DNA from: a virus
Taxonomy: Duplodnaviria > Caudoviricetes
Direction: 5' to 3' (one strand)
Virus record (IMG/VR): IMGVR_UViG_3300005512_000301
Location: 1 to 25,235 of that record
Length of the DNA stretch: 25,235 nucleotides
Positions 15,558-25,235 of this stretch are shown here, one piece after another. The notes under the pieces were generated by a model. The model had not been told where the DNA came from. It worked only from the letters and a program-made list of their open reading frames with translations, and searched no databases. Both the position numbers and the translations under genes were made by a program. Positions within the stretch are counted from its first letter, which is position 1, and each line of letters starts with the position of its first letter.

Positions 15558-15784
15558 TATTGTTGTACCTCATTATTGGTTACTAAGTTTTGTAGTATGT
15601 TTGATAAATTTTGAGGTGAGTCTTGCTCTAATACGTCTACCTTAATATCATTGTTTTTTAAAAATGTATTAACAGCCGCCAAAGTACCAGACGAAAGTTC
15701 TTCGCCTGATGCTAATTGGTCGGCATAGTACATACATAGTAGATTGTGTAATGCTTCTACTTCTGTTTTATTTGCCTTAGCCAT
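15557..15784 (-). CDS. terS: Terminase small subunit (T7 gp18-like)
   Basis: LH..L......L..GE.....LAA...FLKNNDI pattern, size and position. Confidence 0.75.
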   Translation of the reverse strand: MAKANKTEVEALHNLLCMYYADQLASGEELSSGTLAAVNTFLKNNDIKVDVLEQDSPQNLSNILQNLVTNNEVQQ

Positions 15785-15786
15785 TG

Positions 15787-18700
15787 TTAATATTTCCTAG
15801 TATTGTCTTCGATAAGTTCTTGTACTGCTGGGTTGATTACAATAAAGTTATGTAGTGGCATACGATTCCATACGCTATCCCACAAGTCTTCGTTATCATA
15901 TTCCCCTTTGACTAAAGAAGAAGTAATGTTCTTAACATCCTTAAGTATCTGTCCAGATGCTCCTAAAACTAAACTCTCTGGTGTACCTGTTCTATAAGGA
16001 GACCAAGGTACTTCACCTTCAATAAACAAAGAACCCATTACATCTAATGGAATAGTAGAACCTGATAAAGTACCTGAGAAAGATAAACCTTTTAGTACTA
16101 AGTTATACATACCTTCTTCTGTTGAGATATCATAGAAAGTCTCTGAAGCCTCTCTAGCACCAGAAGCAAGCTCTGCTTGCTCAATTAGATAGAACATTCC
16201 CATACTCATCATAGAAGCAGCCACAGTAGTAGCAGCTAGCCCAGCTCTATCAGAGTTAATACCTTTAGCTAAGAGCTGTTCATTGGCAGCTAATGGGTAA
16301 CGCCAGAACTGTGTCATAAGTTTAACAAAAGGATTATTAGCATAATTCTTCATCCACGTAGGTACAGCCCAAGTATCTCCTTGAATTACTCCAGAAGCTA
16401 CGCCTTCAGAAATAGCACGTTGCATTAATATTTCACCTCTGGAATCAAAGGCTTTAAAGTTAATAGCTTTAACAATACCATCATCTGAGATGTCTGAGTG
16501 CTTAAGGATTTGTTCTTGTAGATGTTTAGCATCTGACTCATTAATACCCCAACGTAGGAATAGCTCTGCATCTTCTGGGTTAAGTGCTTTAGGATTAATA
16601 TCTTTAAACTTAGTTACAATATTACTAGCTACCATAGTTTCTAGCCAACTAGTCATAACACGCATACCATTAAAAGCAAACACTTTATTAGAGAAGCCCA
16701 TAAGCTTGTTCTCTAGTTTACCTACGTTAAATGCACCTTCAGTATCAGCAATACGGTTAACTCCCATCTGGTCAGTTAGCTGAGCTAAATAACCCATCTG
16801 TACTAACTCTTTTTGTAATGGAGTAAACTTCTTACTACCTAATGTTCTAACAGTTTCACCAAACAAAGCACCAAACTGTTTATGGAAAACTCGGTTAAAC
16901 CCAGTAGCCCACAAAGCAGCAGGAATCTCTAATGCTTGTATAATACCAAACATACCTCCCATAGTAATAGAGTTAACTTGAGTAGCCACACGAGTACCTT
17001 TCCATAAAGCAGAGTTCTGTGTTTGTGCAATACGTAATGTACCCATTATATCTTGCATCATTTCATCTACTGCTACAAGGTCATCTTCTAATAGCTTTCT
17101 AGTTTCTGGTGAAGAGCTTGCTAATCTACTTCTAATAGGGTCTGTAAAGTTCTCTCTAAAAACTTCCATAGTCTTACTAGACTCTACACCTCTAAGTTCA
17201 GGTAAAGCTTGTCTAGCTGCAATCTGCCCTCTCATCCAATAATGATACTGTCCAATAGAAGAACTAATGTCTGTCTCTAACATATCAGTAAGTTCAGCTT
17301 CATTAAGATAAATCTTACGTCCTTGTAACGCTGTATCTACACCAAACTTTTCTTTACCTAACATATACTGTAAGTTATCAGCACCAAAAGCAGAGTTAGC
17401 GGCACGTGACCAATACTCATTAACAGCCTCTTCTAATAGAAGCTTATCGTCTCTTAGTGCTTGGTTATTAGGATGTGTAACTAAAGCTCTTTCAATCATA
17501 CTCTTAGCCTTGTCTTGGGATAACTCTTTGATTTTACTAGAGTTAAGGTGACGTGGCATATATAATCTATTCTCAGAAATATTCTTAAGCTCAGGCATCT
17601 CCGCACCTTTGGCTTCTTTTAATATCTCTTGAAAGTACTTATGTACAGGTGAATTAAGTTTAGTTATTTTATTAGAAGGAAAGTGTTTCTTCCAAATAAC
17701 ATCTTCATTCTTATATCTTTCTTCTAATAGTTTTTGTTTTACAAGACTACGTTCTTTTTCCAAATCATCAAGTCTAAGCTTTGCTTGCTCTACAAAAGCA
17801 GCATCTTTTTTATTTTTCTTGATTTCTTCTTTTAAAACTGAAATATCTTTATTATATTTCCTATCGCTTTTAGCAGTTTCTTTTTCATAAGTCTTACGTA
17901 GTTGTATAAAGTCCTGGTCTCCACGTACAGCCATATCTTGTTGACTAGCAAGCTGTTTGTATTGAGTACCTAGCTCATTATAGAAATCATCTTTAGTGCC
18001 TTTATAACCAGCACGTACTTGTTCTTTGTACAGTACAGCTAATTCAGTCAATGCTTCATTAGACTTACCATTTAACCTAGAAGCATAAGTACGCATAGTA
18101 TCACCAGAGAACTGGCCTTTACCATGCTGTGGTCTAGTAATACGAGAAGCAATATCACGTACACCCTTATCAGCAGAAGCATAAGCAGTCATTACGTTAG
18201 AACGCATAAACTTAGGTAACATAGTACTAATACGTTCACCAGTTCTAGTTGCCTTTTCTATACTCTCATTCTTAATAAACTCTTGTACATCATCTGTAAC
18301 CTTACTTGTAAAGATAGGACTTGCTTCTGGTTCTAAAGAAACTTTGAAGTCTTTAAATGCAAGAGCATCATCTTCACTCATAATCTTACCAGCTGCTATC
18401 TTTCTAAACCCAGGAGGGGCTTTGATTAAAGCTTCCCCAATACCTCCCAGAGTACCACCTAACGCCATACCAAATAGTGCAGCATTAGAGTAGTCAGTAG
18501 GTAGGTTTTGTACATCATATAAGCCTTCAGAAGCTACAGCACCAGCAGCACCAGCAGCAGCGGTAATACCTACCGCCTTACCTACGTTAAGCGCCCTGTT
18601 GGCTGTACGACCCATTCTTGTGGCGTATCCTACAGCACCACCAATAGGTATCAGGTTAGTAGGGTCTGTTAACCCCACACCTAACATTAAAGGAATAGAA

Positions 18701-19008
18701 GTTAATAGACTGTCTTGCCCGATAGCTTGAGCAGATTCATTGAACTTATTAATACGTCCAACCCTATCAAGCATATCTTCATAAGACCTAGGTGGTTCTG
18801 CCATTAAGTTACGCTGTACTTCATCTGTCTGTTGTGATACAAAATCAACATGGTCATTTAATACAAATGAATCATCTCTATCTGCATCAAATAAATCAGA
18901 ATGAAGTACTCGCATAGCGGCAGGGTTAACTACATTAAAATAATCTAATAATGTAGAATCTCTCCCTTGTTTTTCAATTTCGGGATTAATCCCACCAAAT
19001 ATTTCCAT
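15787..19008 (-). CDS. Internal virion / ejection protein (gp16-like)
   Basis: 1073 aa, DPTNLIPIGG plus Gly/Ala hydrophobic segment, YMPR, C-terminal KLMTQFWRYP pattern; last of three ejection genes. Confidence 0.75.
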   Translation of the reverse strand: MEIFGGINPEIEKQGRDSTLLDYFNVVNPAAMRVLHSDLFDADRDDSFVLNDHVDFVSQQTDEVQRNLMAEPPRSYEDMLDRVGRINKFNESAQAIGQDSLLTSIPLMLGVGLTDPTNLIPIGGAVGYATRMGRTANRALNVGKAVGITAAAGAAGAVASEGLYDVQNLPTDYSNAALFGMALGGTLGGIGEALIKAPPGFRKIAAGKIMSEDDALAFKDFKVSLEPEASPIFTSKVTDDVQEFIKNESIEKATRTGERISTMLPKFMRSNVMTAYASADKGVRDIASRITRPQHGKGQFSGDTMRTYASRLNGKSNEALTELAVLYKEQVRAGYKGTKDDFYNELGTQYKQLASQQDMAVRGDQDFIQLRKTYEKETAKSDRKYNKDISVLKEEIKKNKKDAAFVEQAKLRLDDLEKERSLVKQKLLEERYKNEDVIWKKHFPSNKITKLNSPVHKYFQEILKEAKGAEMPELKNISENRLYMPRHLNSSKIKELSQDKAKSMIERALVTHPNNQALRDDKLLLEEAVNEYWSRAANSAFGADNLQYMLGKEKFGVDTALQGRKIYLNEAELTDMLETDISSSIGQYHYWMRGQIAARQALPELRGVESSKTMEVFRENFTDPIRSRLASSSPETRKLLEDDLVAVDEMMQDIMGTLRIAQTQNSALWKGTRVATQVNSITMGGMFGIIQALEIPAALWATGFNRVFHKQFGALFGETVRTLGSKKFTPLQKELVQMGYLAQLTDQMGVNRIADTEGAFNVGKLENKLMGFSNKVFAFNGMRVMTSWLETMVASNIVTKFKDINPKALNPEDAELFLRWGINESDAKHLQEQILKHSDISDDGIVKAINFKAFDSRGEILMQRAISEGVASGVIQGDTWAVPTWMKNYANNPFVKLMTQFWRYPLAANEQLLAKGINSDRAGLAATTVAASMMSMGMFYLIEQAELASGAREASETFYDISTEEGMYNLVLKGLSFSGTLSGSTIPLDVMGSLFIEGEVPWSPYRTGTPESLVLGASGQILKDVKNITSSLVKGEYDNEDLWDSVWNRMPLHNFIVINPAVQELIEDNTRKY

Positions 19009-19021
19009 TTACTTCTCCTTG

Positions 19022-22000
19022 TTACATACTATTTTTCTTTTTGTTTAAAGCAGATATCTCACCATCACTAATGTCAACTTTATCAAGTCCTAGGTTTTTA
19101 ATATCGTTAGGATTCTCAACATAGCCTAATAAGTACATTAATCTTCCTACTCTATTGTCCATACCTGTAGTATAGTTACCCTTTTCTTTACGTCTACTTT
19201 GAATAGCTACTTGTTTAAGGTTTTCAATAGAAGGGTCAGCCTCATACTTTTCTAACGCATTAGTCAAAAGTTTAAAAGTTTCTCCTGTATTATACTTACC
19301 ATCCAATACTAAAGCTTTTGCTTTTGGACTTAAAGAAGAATAGTTAGGAAGTTCTTTAGATAATGCTGAATCCATTTTCTGTGTTACAAGAGCTGCAATT
19401 TCTTTTGATTGTTCTGGTGTTGCATTAACTAAATCATAACCTAGTTCTTTAGCAGCATTTGCGTTAGCTTTAGCCGCAGCAGGGTTCATTTTAGTATCAT
19501 ACACCAAACCATAGGCTTTTGTTTTAATGCCTACCGTATCAACATGGTCTGCAGTACCTTCCAAATTACCTAATGTAGTAACAAAAGAATCTACACCAGA
19601 AGATGCAACATTAGCAGCTGCCTTAGGTTGATAGACATCTCTCATTGCTTTCATGATACCTTGTCTAGTCTGTTCTCCCATAATACCATCTACATCAATA
19701 TCATACCCTTTAGAGTTAATATATTTCTGCATAGTCTTAATCTTATCTGTACTAATATAAGAAGCAGGGTCACTTTGTAACTCTAGAAATTCAGCATCTT
19801 GCATAGAAATATCATTAGGTGCAAAGTTCATAGCATTTCTCCCAAGGTTAGAAAGTTCTCCACTAGATAAAGGTTTACTATTAGGTAATGGTAGTCCTTC
19901 TTCTCCTAACATAGAAGATACATTACTACTAATTACATCTGAGAAGTATCCACCTAATAGCTCTTTAGCTTTAGAAATACCTTCCATAACTTTATCAGTA
20001 GTACTAGCAGCAGTAATCTCTGTTACTTGATACACAGGCTTAACAGTAGAGTTTTTATAGAAAGCCTCACTTGTTTTAACTGCTTCAGAAGCTACCTCAA
20101 AACGATTAGGTAAATCAGGTACGTCAGCGTTAGTCCCTGCATCTGAGATAAAGAAATCTAATGCTTTACCGCCTAAATCGTTTACTGCATTAATAACTGT
20201 ATTGTTAGGCTCATCTCTAAAAACATCTACAGGAAGGCTTACAAGGTCAATAATATTTTTACCTAGTTGGTTATTAAAATCAGTTACTGCTCTACCAGCA
20301 GCGTTAGGTAAGAACATAAGCCCTTCTTCTCTGAAGTTTTCTATTGCTTGCATAACAGTTGAGTCAGTAAAAGGAGCATCAACATTCATACTTTTTAACA
20401 TTGCAGCTTTATCTGCATCTTCTTTTACAAAGTTAATAGCTTCTCTATTATCTATAATACCATTAACATACTGTGTATCGCCATTTCTTTCATAGATAAG
20501 GTAATCACCACTAGGTAGTATTTCAATATAAGAGTTTTCTTTTAAATCCTTATACTTAACACCACGTTCTTGAGCATAACGCTTCATCATAGAATCAACA
20601 ACAATAGGGTCTCCAGCTTCAGAGTTCATATAGTTAAAAGTCTCAAAACCAGAAGTCTCACTCTTATTATTTAAAAACTCTTCAATTACTTTAGCACCTT
20701 GTCCTGAGTCTCCAGTAAGGACAGTAACTTTCTTAGCTGCTCCTAAAGCATAAGCTCTCATACTAGGATTACCAATTTCATTAGCTAAAGATACTACGTT
20801 GTCATTAAAGTCTTGCTTTAAGTTACCACCCCATACTTTCTTTTCTAATTCTGTAGCACCTGCTATCTTTTCTTTTAGTTGATTGATATCAAGATTACCA
20901 CCATAGTAATCATTAAGTAACATAACCTCAGTAGATTTAGCAATGTCTTCTGGTTTATATATTTTAGAAGCTGCATTTAAACCTAGTTTCTGTACGTTAG
21001 AAATATGACTTCCAACTTCTTCAATAGTTTTAGCACTATCTATACGTGCTGAATTAGACTCTCTAATACTCTTTAAATCAGAAGAAGTAGCAGCATTAAT
21101 AATATTACGTGCTTCTTCTGTGTTAGGAGGTAAATAAGTACCGTCTACTGATTGAGGAGTAAGTGCTTCTCCTATACCAATTACCTGAGCAGTATTACGT
21201 GTCTTTTTCAACTCTGAGGCATTAGGTGAATTATTTACAAGTGTCTGTACTTCTGGTGATACAGGTACAGTAGGTTCAAAATAATTATTCTGTTTAGCAA
21301 CTAAAGTAGTTTTAAGATTATCAACTTTCTTTTGAAAAGTCTTAGCACTACTATGCCCTAACGAAGAAAGAGTATCTACTTTATCTTGAAGTACTTTAAA
21401 GTCTATTCCTTCAGAACCACTATTATTAAAAATAGAAAGAACTTCTTTTGCAGTATTATCACCTAAAAGTTTTTCAGACTGGCTAATAGAAGTAGTAATA
21501 CGGTTTTCAAGTGCAAGCACGTTCTCTGCACCATAAGTACTTTTATCGCCTAACCATTTAGGGTCGTTTCTTAAAGCATCTACTTTATCTACAAGTTCTT
21601 GTTTTCTTATATTAAAAGTATTTAAGCCTCCACCTTTAGCGGCTTCATCTTTTAAAGCAAGTTCTGATTGAGATACAATAGAGTTCATAATACGTGTCTT
21701 TAACTCTCTTGGGTCTAGCCCAGAAGTATTGACAATATTATTTAATTCCCCTAAATCTTTATTTGCATTATATACTGTAGCAGCACCTTCTGCTTGTTGT
21801 CTGTATAAAGTCTCAGTATTTTGTTTAGCAACCACATTATTATTAAGTAATTCTTGTTTACCCATAATATCTCTTAAAGGAGAAGCCACAGCAAACTGGA
21901 TACCATCCTGCTGTAATTTAGCTTCAAAAGAAAGGTTAATTTGTTTAATCTGCTCTGCTTTCTGTACATCACTTAATGCAGAAGAGTTTACAGCAGCAGA

Positions 22001-22201
22001 AGCATTGCTATAACTAGTCTTAAGTTGGGATACGGTTTCAGCTTGTTGGGCTGTCTGTACCTTTTGATAAGCTCCTACTAGTGAAGAGGTAAGGTTTGCA
22101 AGTGCGCCAATATTTCGGTACAGATACATATCTTCATTAGGAGCTATAGGTGCTTGTTTAAAATGTATGGATTCCATATATCCACTTGTGCCAATCGCCA
22201 T
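19022..22201 (-). CDS. Internal virion / ejection protein (gp15-like) with C-terminal peptidoglycan-binding and lysozyme-like domains
   Basis: Helical N-terminal region; MQKYINSKGYDIDVDGIMGEQTRQGI (PG_binding_1-like); LEGTADHVDTVGIKTKAYG and ALVLDGKYNTG (GH24-like). Confidence 0.7.
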   Translation of the reverse strand: MAIGTSGYMESIHFKQAPIAPNEDMYLYRNIGALANLTSSLVGAYQKVQTAQQAETVSQLKTSYSNASAAVNSSALSDVQKAEQIKQINLSFEAKLQQDGIQFAVASPLRDIMGKQELLNNNVVAKQNTETLYRQQAEGAATVYNANKDLGELNNIVNTSGLDPRELKTRIMNSIVSQSELALKDEAAKGGGLNTFNIRKQELVDKVDALRNDPKWLGDKSTYGAENVLALENRITTSISQSEKLLGDNTAKEVLSIFNNSGSEGIDFKVLQDKVDTLSSLGHSSAKTFQKKVDNLKTTLVAKQNNYFEPTVPVSPEVQTLVNNSPNASELKKTRNTAQVIGIGEALTPQSVDGTYLPPNTEEARNIINAATSSDLKSIRESNSARIDSAKTIEEVGSHISNVQKLGLNAASKIYKPEDIAKSTEVMLLNDYYGGNLDINQLKEKIAGATELEKKVWGGNLKQDFNDNVVSLANEIGNPSMRAYALGAAKKVTVLTGDSGQGAKVIEEFLNNKSETSGFETFNYMNSEAGDPIVVDSMMKRYAQERGVKYKDLKENSYIEILPSGDYLIYERNGDTQYVNGIIDNREAINFVKEDADKAAMLKSMNVDAPFTDSTVMQAIENFREEGLMFLPNAAGRAVTDFNNQLGKNIIDLVSLPVDVFRDEPNNTVINAVNDLGGKALDFFISDAGTNADVPDLPNRFEVASEAVKTSEAFYKNSTVKPVYQVTEITAASTTDKVMEGISKAKELLGGYFSDVISSNVSSMLGEEGLPLPNSKPLSSGELSNLGRNAMNFAPNDISMQDAEFLELQSDPASYISTDKIKTMQKYINSKGYDIDVDGIMGEQTRQGIMKAMRDVYQPKAAANVASSGVDSFVTTLGNLEGTADHVDTVGIKTKAYGLVYDTKMNPAAAKANANAAKELGYDLVNATPEQSKEIAALVTQKMDSALSKELPNYSSLSPKAKALVLDGKYNTGETFKLLTNALEKYEADPSIENLKQVAIQSRRKEKGNYTTGMDNRVGRLMYLLGYVENPNDIKNLGLDKVDISDGEISALNKKKNSM

Positions 22202-22212
22202 ATTATCTCCTA

Positions 22213-23595
22213 TTATTGACCTTTAACCACTCTTGAAATCATTTCTAAAAAACCGCTATTAGCTTGAGAAATGTTATTTACCGCTAAATTTTGAAATGTA
22301 ACTGGTAAGGAAGTTTGTCCAGGTACTGTATTTGTAGTACCCTCATTAAATGTAATATTCCCTTGCAAACCAGAAGTCTCTACTGTACCATCACCTCTTG
22401 TTGTTAGGTCTGTATATCCAGAGTATTTAGTACTATTAAATAATACACTTCTATTGTCAGCTGCTTTTGTAGAAGATGTTTTCTCTTGTGTCTTAATAGA
22501 CTGCTCCATACCACGTAGTAACTCAGATTGTGTCTGGTTATATTCTGCTGTACGTGCTTCTTGTTCAGTAGTAGAGTCTGCGTATAACTTATCTACTTGA
22601 CTTACTGTATCAGATATAGCTGCTTGGTTTTGAATATTAGCTTCTTGTCTAATTTGGTTGTTTGTAATATTACTTACAGAAGCAATGTAATCACTAGTAG
22701 TTACAAGATTCTCAAGTTTATTTTGAGTATCTACTTTTGTTGATTGTAATATACGAGAAGCAGATTGAATTGCATTGTCTTCTTCTTTTCTAGCCATTTC
22801 ATTAGCAGTAAAAAGAGTGTTTCTAATCTCAGACATTCCTGTTGCTTTAGTTTCTGATTGTTGAGCAATAGCTTTATCAATAGCAGATTCATATTTTAAT
22901 TCTGTTTCTGCTTTTAACAAGTCAAGTTTAATTTGACTAGATAAAGTTTTTCTTGCATTGTTATTACCACCAGCCATAGACAAAGAGTTTTGAGCTACAA
23001 TCTTACCTATCTCTTCATCACTTGTAATATCCATACCTTGTTTAATTTGAGAAAACTCAGAACGTAAAGAACTTACATCTCTATCTAGTAAGTTAATAGT
23101 ACTGTTAATAGATTGTAGTTTAGTAGAGGCATCAATAGCAGCTTTAGTAGTATAGTAATCTGCATTGGTCTTACCTAACTCAATAGCATACTCTGCATCA
23201 ATAACAGCCTGTTTCTGCATCTGAGCTAAATCAGCTAATGTAGTATCACGTAACCTAGCCAGCTCTTCATCTGTTGTTTCAATATTGACTATCTGTTTTA
23301 ATAAAGCAGAAGAATCATTATATTCAGTTTTAGTTGCTAGAGAATCATATGCTTGGTCTATAGTATTATCTCTATAAGATTGAGCAGTTTGTGTTTCATT
23401 GTAATAATTTGCTTGGTTATCATCAAATGCCCATTTAGCATTAGTAATAGCACCTTCTACTTCATCTGCAAAAGCAGCTTGTTGTGCTTTATATTGTTCT
23501 TTAGCTTGGTCTTGTGCAGCATTGTTTGCCTGTATAGATGCTACAGTACCTACAACTGCTGTTGCTGCTGTTACTGCTACCGCTACTCCAGACAT
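22213..23595 (-). CDS. Internal virion / ejection protein (gp14-like), unusually long
   Basis: Hydrophobic Ala/Val N-terminus followed by Q/A-rich helices; first of the three ejection genes. Confidence 0.65.
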   Translation of the reverse strand: MSGVAVAVTAATAVVGTVASIQANNAAQDQAKEQYKAQQAAFADEVEGAITNAKWAFDDNQANYYNETQTAQSYRDNTIDQAYDSLATKTEYNDSSALLKQIVNIETTDEELARLRDTTLADLAQMQKQAVIDAEYAIELGKTNADYYTTKAAIDASTKLQSINSTINLLDRDVSSLRSEFSQIKQGMDITSDEEIGKIVAQNSLSMAGGNNNARKTLSSQIKLDLLKAETELKYESAIDKAIAQQSETKATGMSEIRNTLFTANEMARKEEDNAIQSASRILQSTKVDTQNKLENLVTTSDYIASVSNITNNQIRQEANIQNQAAISDTVSQVDKLYADSTTEQEARTAEYNQTQSELLRGMEQSIKTQEKTSSTKAADNRSVLFNSTKYSGYTDLTTRGDGTVETSGLQGNITFNEGTTNTVPGQTSLPVTFQNLAVNNISQANSGFLEMISRVVKGQ

Positions 23596-23598
23596 AAG

Positions 23599-24060
23599 CT
23601 ACTCTCCTGTGATTGTAATATAATTAATTGCATCTATATTCCTCGACATAAGTTGTTCATAAGAAGAAGTCATTTCTTTTTCCGCTCCTTCTATTGTTGT
23701 TTGTTTAGTAGTAAAGCTCATAGCTACATAAGTATCTTCAAAAGCAACTACAGCTTGTTTTCTATCTTTACTACCAGGCACTACTTTAAAACCATCTACT
23801 ATAAAAACAGAATCTCCTTGAGAGAATTTTGCTTTTCCATGTATAGTTACTGTGGTAGGAACTTCTATTATTGTACCTACAGCAACTGCGCCTTTTGGTA
23901 TAAAAACAGTTCTGGTATAGATACCTCCATGTAAAGTATGCCACGTAGTAATATCTAATTGGGTTTCTTTTTTTAATACTGCTTCAAGATTATTTATTTT
24001 TTCAAGGCCTTCTTTTGAAGAAGGTACTATTTGTGTTTGTCTTAGTATTACCTTGCTCAT
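23599..24060 (-). CDS. Cupin-fold phage protein
   Basis: HTLHGGIYTRTVFIPKG...VG..I..PT ... G...RKQAVVAFEDT pattern of podophage cupin-like proteins found beside ejection genes. Confidence 0.6.
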   Translation of the reverse strand: MSKVILRQTQIVPSSKEGLEKINNLEAVLKKETQLDITTWHTLHGGIYTRTVFIPKGAVAVGTIIEVPTTVTIHGKAKFSQGDSVFIVDGFKVVPGSKDRKQAVVAFEDTYVAMSFTTKQTTIEGAEKEMTSSYEQLMSRNIDAINYITITGE

Positions 24061-24512
24061 GATAATACCTTAGTAAATAAAGTATTGGTAGCAGTAAAGC
24101 CAAATATTCTTGCAGCTTTTTCTAATCTACTTTCTTTGGGTGCAGTCATAATAAAGGCTTTTATTCCAGCTTTCCTAGAAACATCTTCTAAAGTATTAAG
24201 TAACCGTTTAGTTGTATTTGTATTTCTATATTCCTGTAATACAAAAATAGCAGATGTAGACACAGACTTTACTAGGTAATGTGGCAAAATACTAAAACTT
24301 GCCATTATAAAACCTACTAGTTTATCTTCTTCATAAGCCGCAATTACTTTAAACATTCCAGTATCTTCTAACTCTTGATATACATACTCTTGTACGTTAG
24401 CTTTAGGAAGTACTTTATTATTAGACTCATTTATGTATGCAGATACAACATTATCCCAGTTACTACTAGAAAATAATTCCTTTACTGTAACAAGTTTAAT
24501 TTTAATTTCCAT
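24057..24512 (-). CDS. GNAT family acetyltransferase (paralog 2)
   Basis: KLVGF, PHY, IFVLQEYRN (motif A, degenerate Gly loop), LEDVSRKAG. Confidence 0.75.
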   Translation of the reverse strand: MEIKIKLVTVKELFSSSNWDNVVSAYINESNNKVLPKANVQEYVYQELEDTGMFKVIAAYEEDKLVGFIMASFSILPHYLVKSVSTSAIFVLQEYRNTNTTKRLLNTLEDVSRKAGIKAFIMTAPKESRLEKAARIFGFTATNTLFTKVLS

Positions 24513-24530
24513 ACCCTCTCCTTTAATTCT

Positions 24531-24983
24531 TTACTTCAATACCCTAATAAATTGTACGTTAGCTTTCTTATATCCGAACAGTCTAGCTGCTTTTTCTAGT
24601 CTACCACCAGCTGGGGCAGTAATATAAAAGAACTCAGCTCCTGCTTGTTTAGCATATTCTTCAGCTGTACGTATTAGTTTAAGTCCTGTATTCCCTTTGC
24701 GGTAATTATCATCAACATATAAAGATTCTGTATCTGCTGCCAGTACATCATAGTGTAAATAGTAACCTATTGTAGTAACAGTAAATCCTATTAAGATAGC
24801 ATCATCAGAATAAGCACCTACTATAATAAGTTCATTATTATTTTCTATCTCTTTATATTTTTCATATTTTGGGTTAACATCTTTAAGATATTCAAGTGAA
24901 GATTCTTTTTCATAATCTAAACATAATCTGACAAACCCTGGAGTATTCCAAAGTTCATCAAGACTAATTTTTCTAAAATACAT
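24531..24983 (-). CDS. GNAT family acetyltransferase (paralog 1)
   Basis: LIGF, LHY, LYVDDNYRKGNTGLKLI..AEEYAKQAGA (intact acetyl-CoA motif A). Confidence 0.85.
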   Translation of the reverse strand: MYFRKISLDELWNTPGFVRLCLDYEKESSLEYLKDVNPKYEKYKEIENNNELIIVGAYSDDAILIGFTVTTIGYYLHYDVLAADTESLYVDDNYRKGNTGLKLIRTAEEYAKQAGAEFFYITAPAGGRLEKAARLFGYKKANVQFIRVLK

Positions 24984-25013
24984 ATTCTCTCCTTTATGTA
25001 TACTACTTTTTAA

Positions 25014-25235
25014 TTAAACTCCAAACTTAACTACAGAAGCTAAGACACCCATAAGAATAAAGACTAAAATAGTTTTAGCTACAGTTCCTATAATAGCATC
25101 TAACTTATCTAATCTCTTATGACATGTCTTAATAACTTCTTCATCTTTCTCAACTCTAGCCATTACACGTGTTTCCACAGCATCTATTCTAGAGTTGAAC
25201 CGTTCATCTTGAATGGCAAAGTCTTGAAGTATAGA
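25014..25235 (-). CDS. C-terminal part of a coiled-coil membrane protein, holin/XhlA-like (partial)
   Basis: Manual translation: ...CHKRLDKLDAIIGTVAKTILVFILMGVLASVVKFGV*; coiled coil then one transmembrane helix. Confidence 0.5.
   Translation of the reverse strand, partial: SILQDFAIQDERFNSRIDAVETRVMARVEKDEEVIKTCHKRLDKLDAIIGTVAKTILVFILMGVLASVVKFGV

Noticed and set aside
23353-23934. + strand 193-aa Cys-rich ORF and the other + strand ORFs in the track
   Set aside because: Antisense shadows of well-supported minus-strand genes, with atypical composition and no RBS.

Overview
AT-rich, T7-like podophage (Autographiviridae-type) genome segment with all convincing genes on the minus strand. The window spans the genome-end junction: the late region (holin-like gene, two GNAT acetyltransferases, cupin, three internal-virion/ejection proteins, small terminase, a fibre-like gene, large terminase; 25235->13184) runs into a non-coding terminal region (~12220-13180). 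That is followed by the early genes (small acidic proteins, ThyX, PhoH), a single-subunit RNA polymerase and the replication module (SSB, RusA-like resolvase, primase-helicase, family A DNA polymerase, two PD-(D/E)XK nucleases, MazG-like NTP-PPase, start of NrdA). The most striking signal is non-coding. Just inside the predicted left genome end (~12866, by resemblance to the T7 terminal-repeat start) lies an ordered array of host-protein binding sites: four sigma54 (-24/-12) consensus sites, five tandem 17-bp Fur-box-like units, two NtrC-like sites and six CAAAGGG repeats. Next come two consensus sigma70 promoters and a boxA. All family assignments come from motif recognition by eye, not database searches.
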